The translations under genes were made by a program, and so were the position numbers. 5,963 bases of DNA from Octopus sinensis (Eukaryota): positions 1 to 5,963 of the forward strand of contig NW_021829709.1 of NCBI RefSeq assembly GCF_006345805.1, given 5' to 3'. A model generated the notes under the pieces. That model did no database searches. It saw nothing but the letters and a program-made list of their open reading frames with translations, and was not told the origin of the DNA. This document shows, piece after piece, positions 5,541 through 5,963 of this stretch (position 1 is its first letter; every line of letters starts with the position of its first letter).

Positions 5541-5620
5541 TGATTGATTGATTGATTCTAGTTTCAGCTCACGAGCTGTGGCCATGCTGGGGCACCGCCA
5601 TTTGCTGGGGCACCGCCATT
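5541..5620 (-). mobile_element. 3' tail fragment of the second SINE family (copy I) with (AATC)n tail and an 18-bp tandem duplication
   Basis: The reverse complement GGCGGTGCCCCAGCATGGCCACAGCTCGTGAGCTGAAACTAG(AATC)n is homologous to the H tail. TGCTGGGGCACCGCCATT occurs at 5585-5602 and 5603-5620. Confidence 0.75.
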
Positions 5621-5779
5621 AAAAAAAGTATCATGTGCATCGGCCGAGAATATATATTTTAATGTTTTAGGAAAATGAGAATAGTTAATTAAATCGTACT
5701 TGGCTGGTTATTTAAATTTACTGAAACCCCACACCGAAGTATGAAGACCCGACCATCACGACAATGACTCAAAAGTAAA

Positions 5780-5912
5780 AATGATGATGATATGATGATG
5801 ATGATGATGTGATGACGATGATGATGTGGTGGGGGGTGAGATTATGATGGTGATAATCATGATGATGATGATGATGACGACGACGACAACGGTGATGGTG
5901 GTGGTGGTGGCG
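5780..5912. repeat. (GAT)n/(GAC)n/(GGT)n trinucleotide tract
   Basis: Seen directly. Confidence 0.9.
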
Positions 5913-5923
5913 TTTTTTCGAGG

Positions 5924-5944
5924 TTTTTTTTTTGTTCTTTTTAG
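5924..5944 (+). other. Possible 3' splice acceptor (polypyrimidine tract plus TAG)
   Basis: TTTTTTTTTTGTTCTTTTTAG ends at 5944, with a second AG at 5948-5949. The downstream sequence leaves the window after 19 nt. Confidence 0.3.
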
Positions 5945-5963
5945 TCTAGCACGAAGGATAAGG

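Noticed and set aside
5325-5585. ORF 5325-5585 (-)
   Set aside because: Starts and ends within SINE tails and crosses microsatellites.
5780-5912. Poly-Asp/poly-Gly-like coding potential
   Set aside because: Simple trinucleotide repeats with frame-shifting interruptions and TGA stops in an alternative frame.

Overview
AT-rich, non-coding eukaryotic DNA with very dense microsatellites ((TG)n, (TA)n, (TACA)n, (GA)n, (GAT)n, (GGT)n). The repeats match what I recall of Octopus/coleoid cephalopod SINE families, so the organism call is an inference. No confident gene is present, and the supplied ORFs are by-products of repeats or chance. The main content is about nine co-oriented (minus-strand) copies or fragments of one tRNA-derived SINE family (1655-1842, plus a stack at 3362-5080), and two pieces of a second, CORE-like SINE family (5083-5407 +, 5541-5620 -). 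The most unusual structures are: (1) a 149-bp segment (3226-3374) that reappears about 1 kb away inside a SINE (4219-4381) with microhomology junctions; (2) repeated head-to-tail SINE junctions where one copy's tail replaces the A-box end of the next; (3) two different 3' tails on the same SINE head and core. Two short candidate spliced exons (383-504 +, 2874-2926 -) are reported at low confidence.
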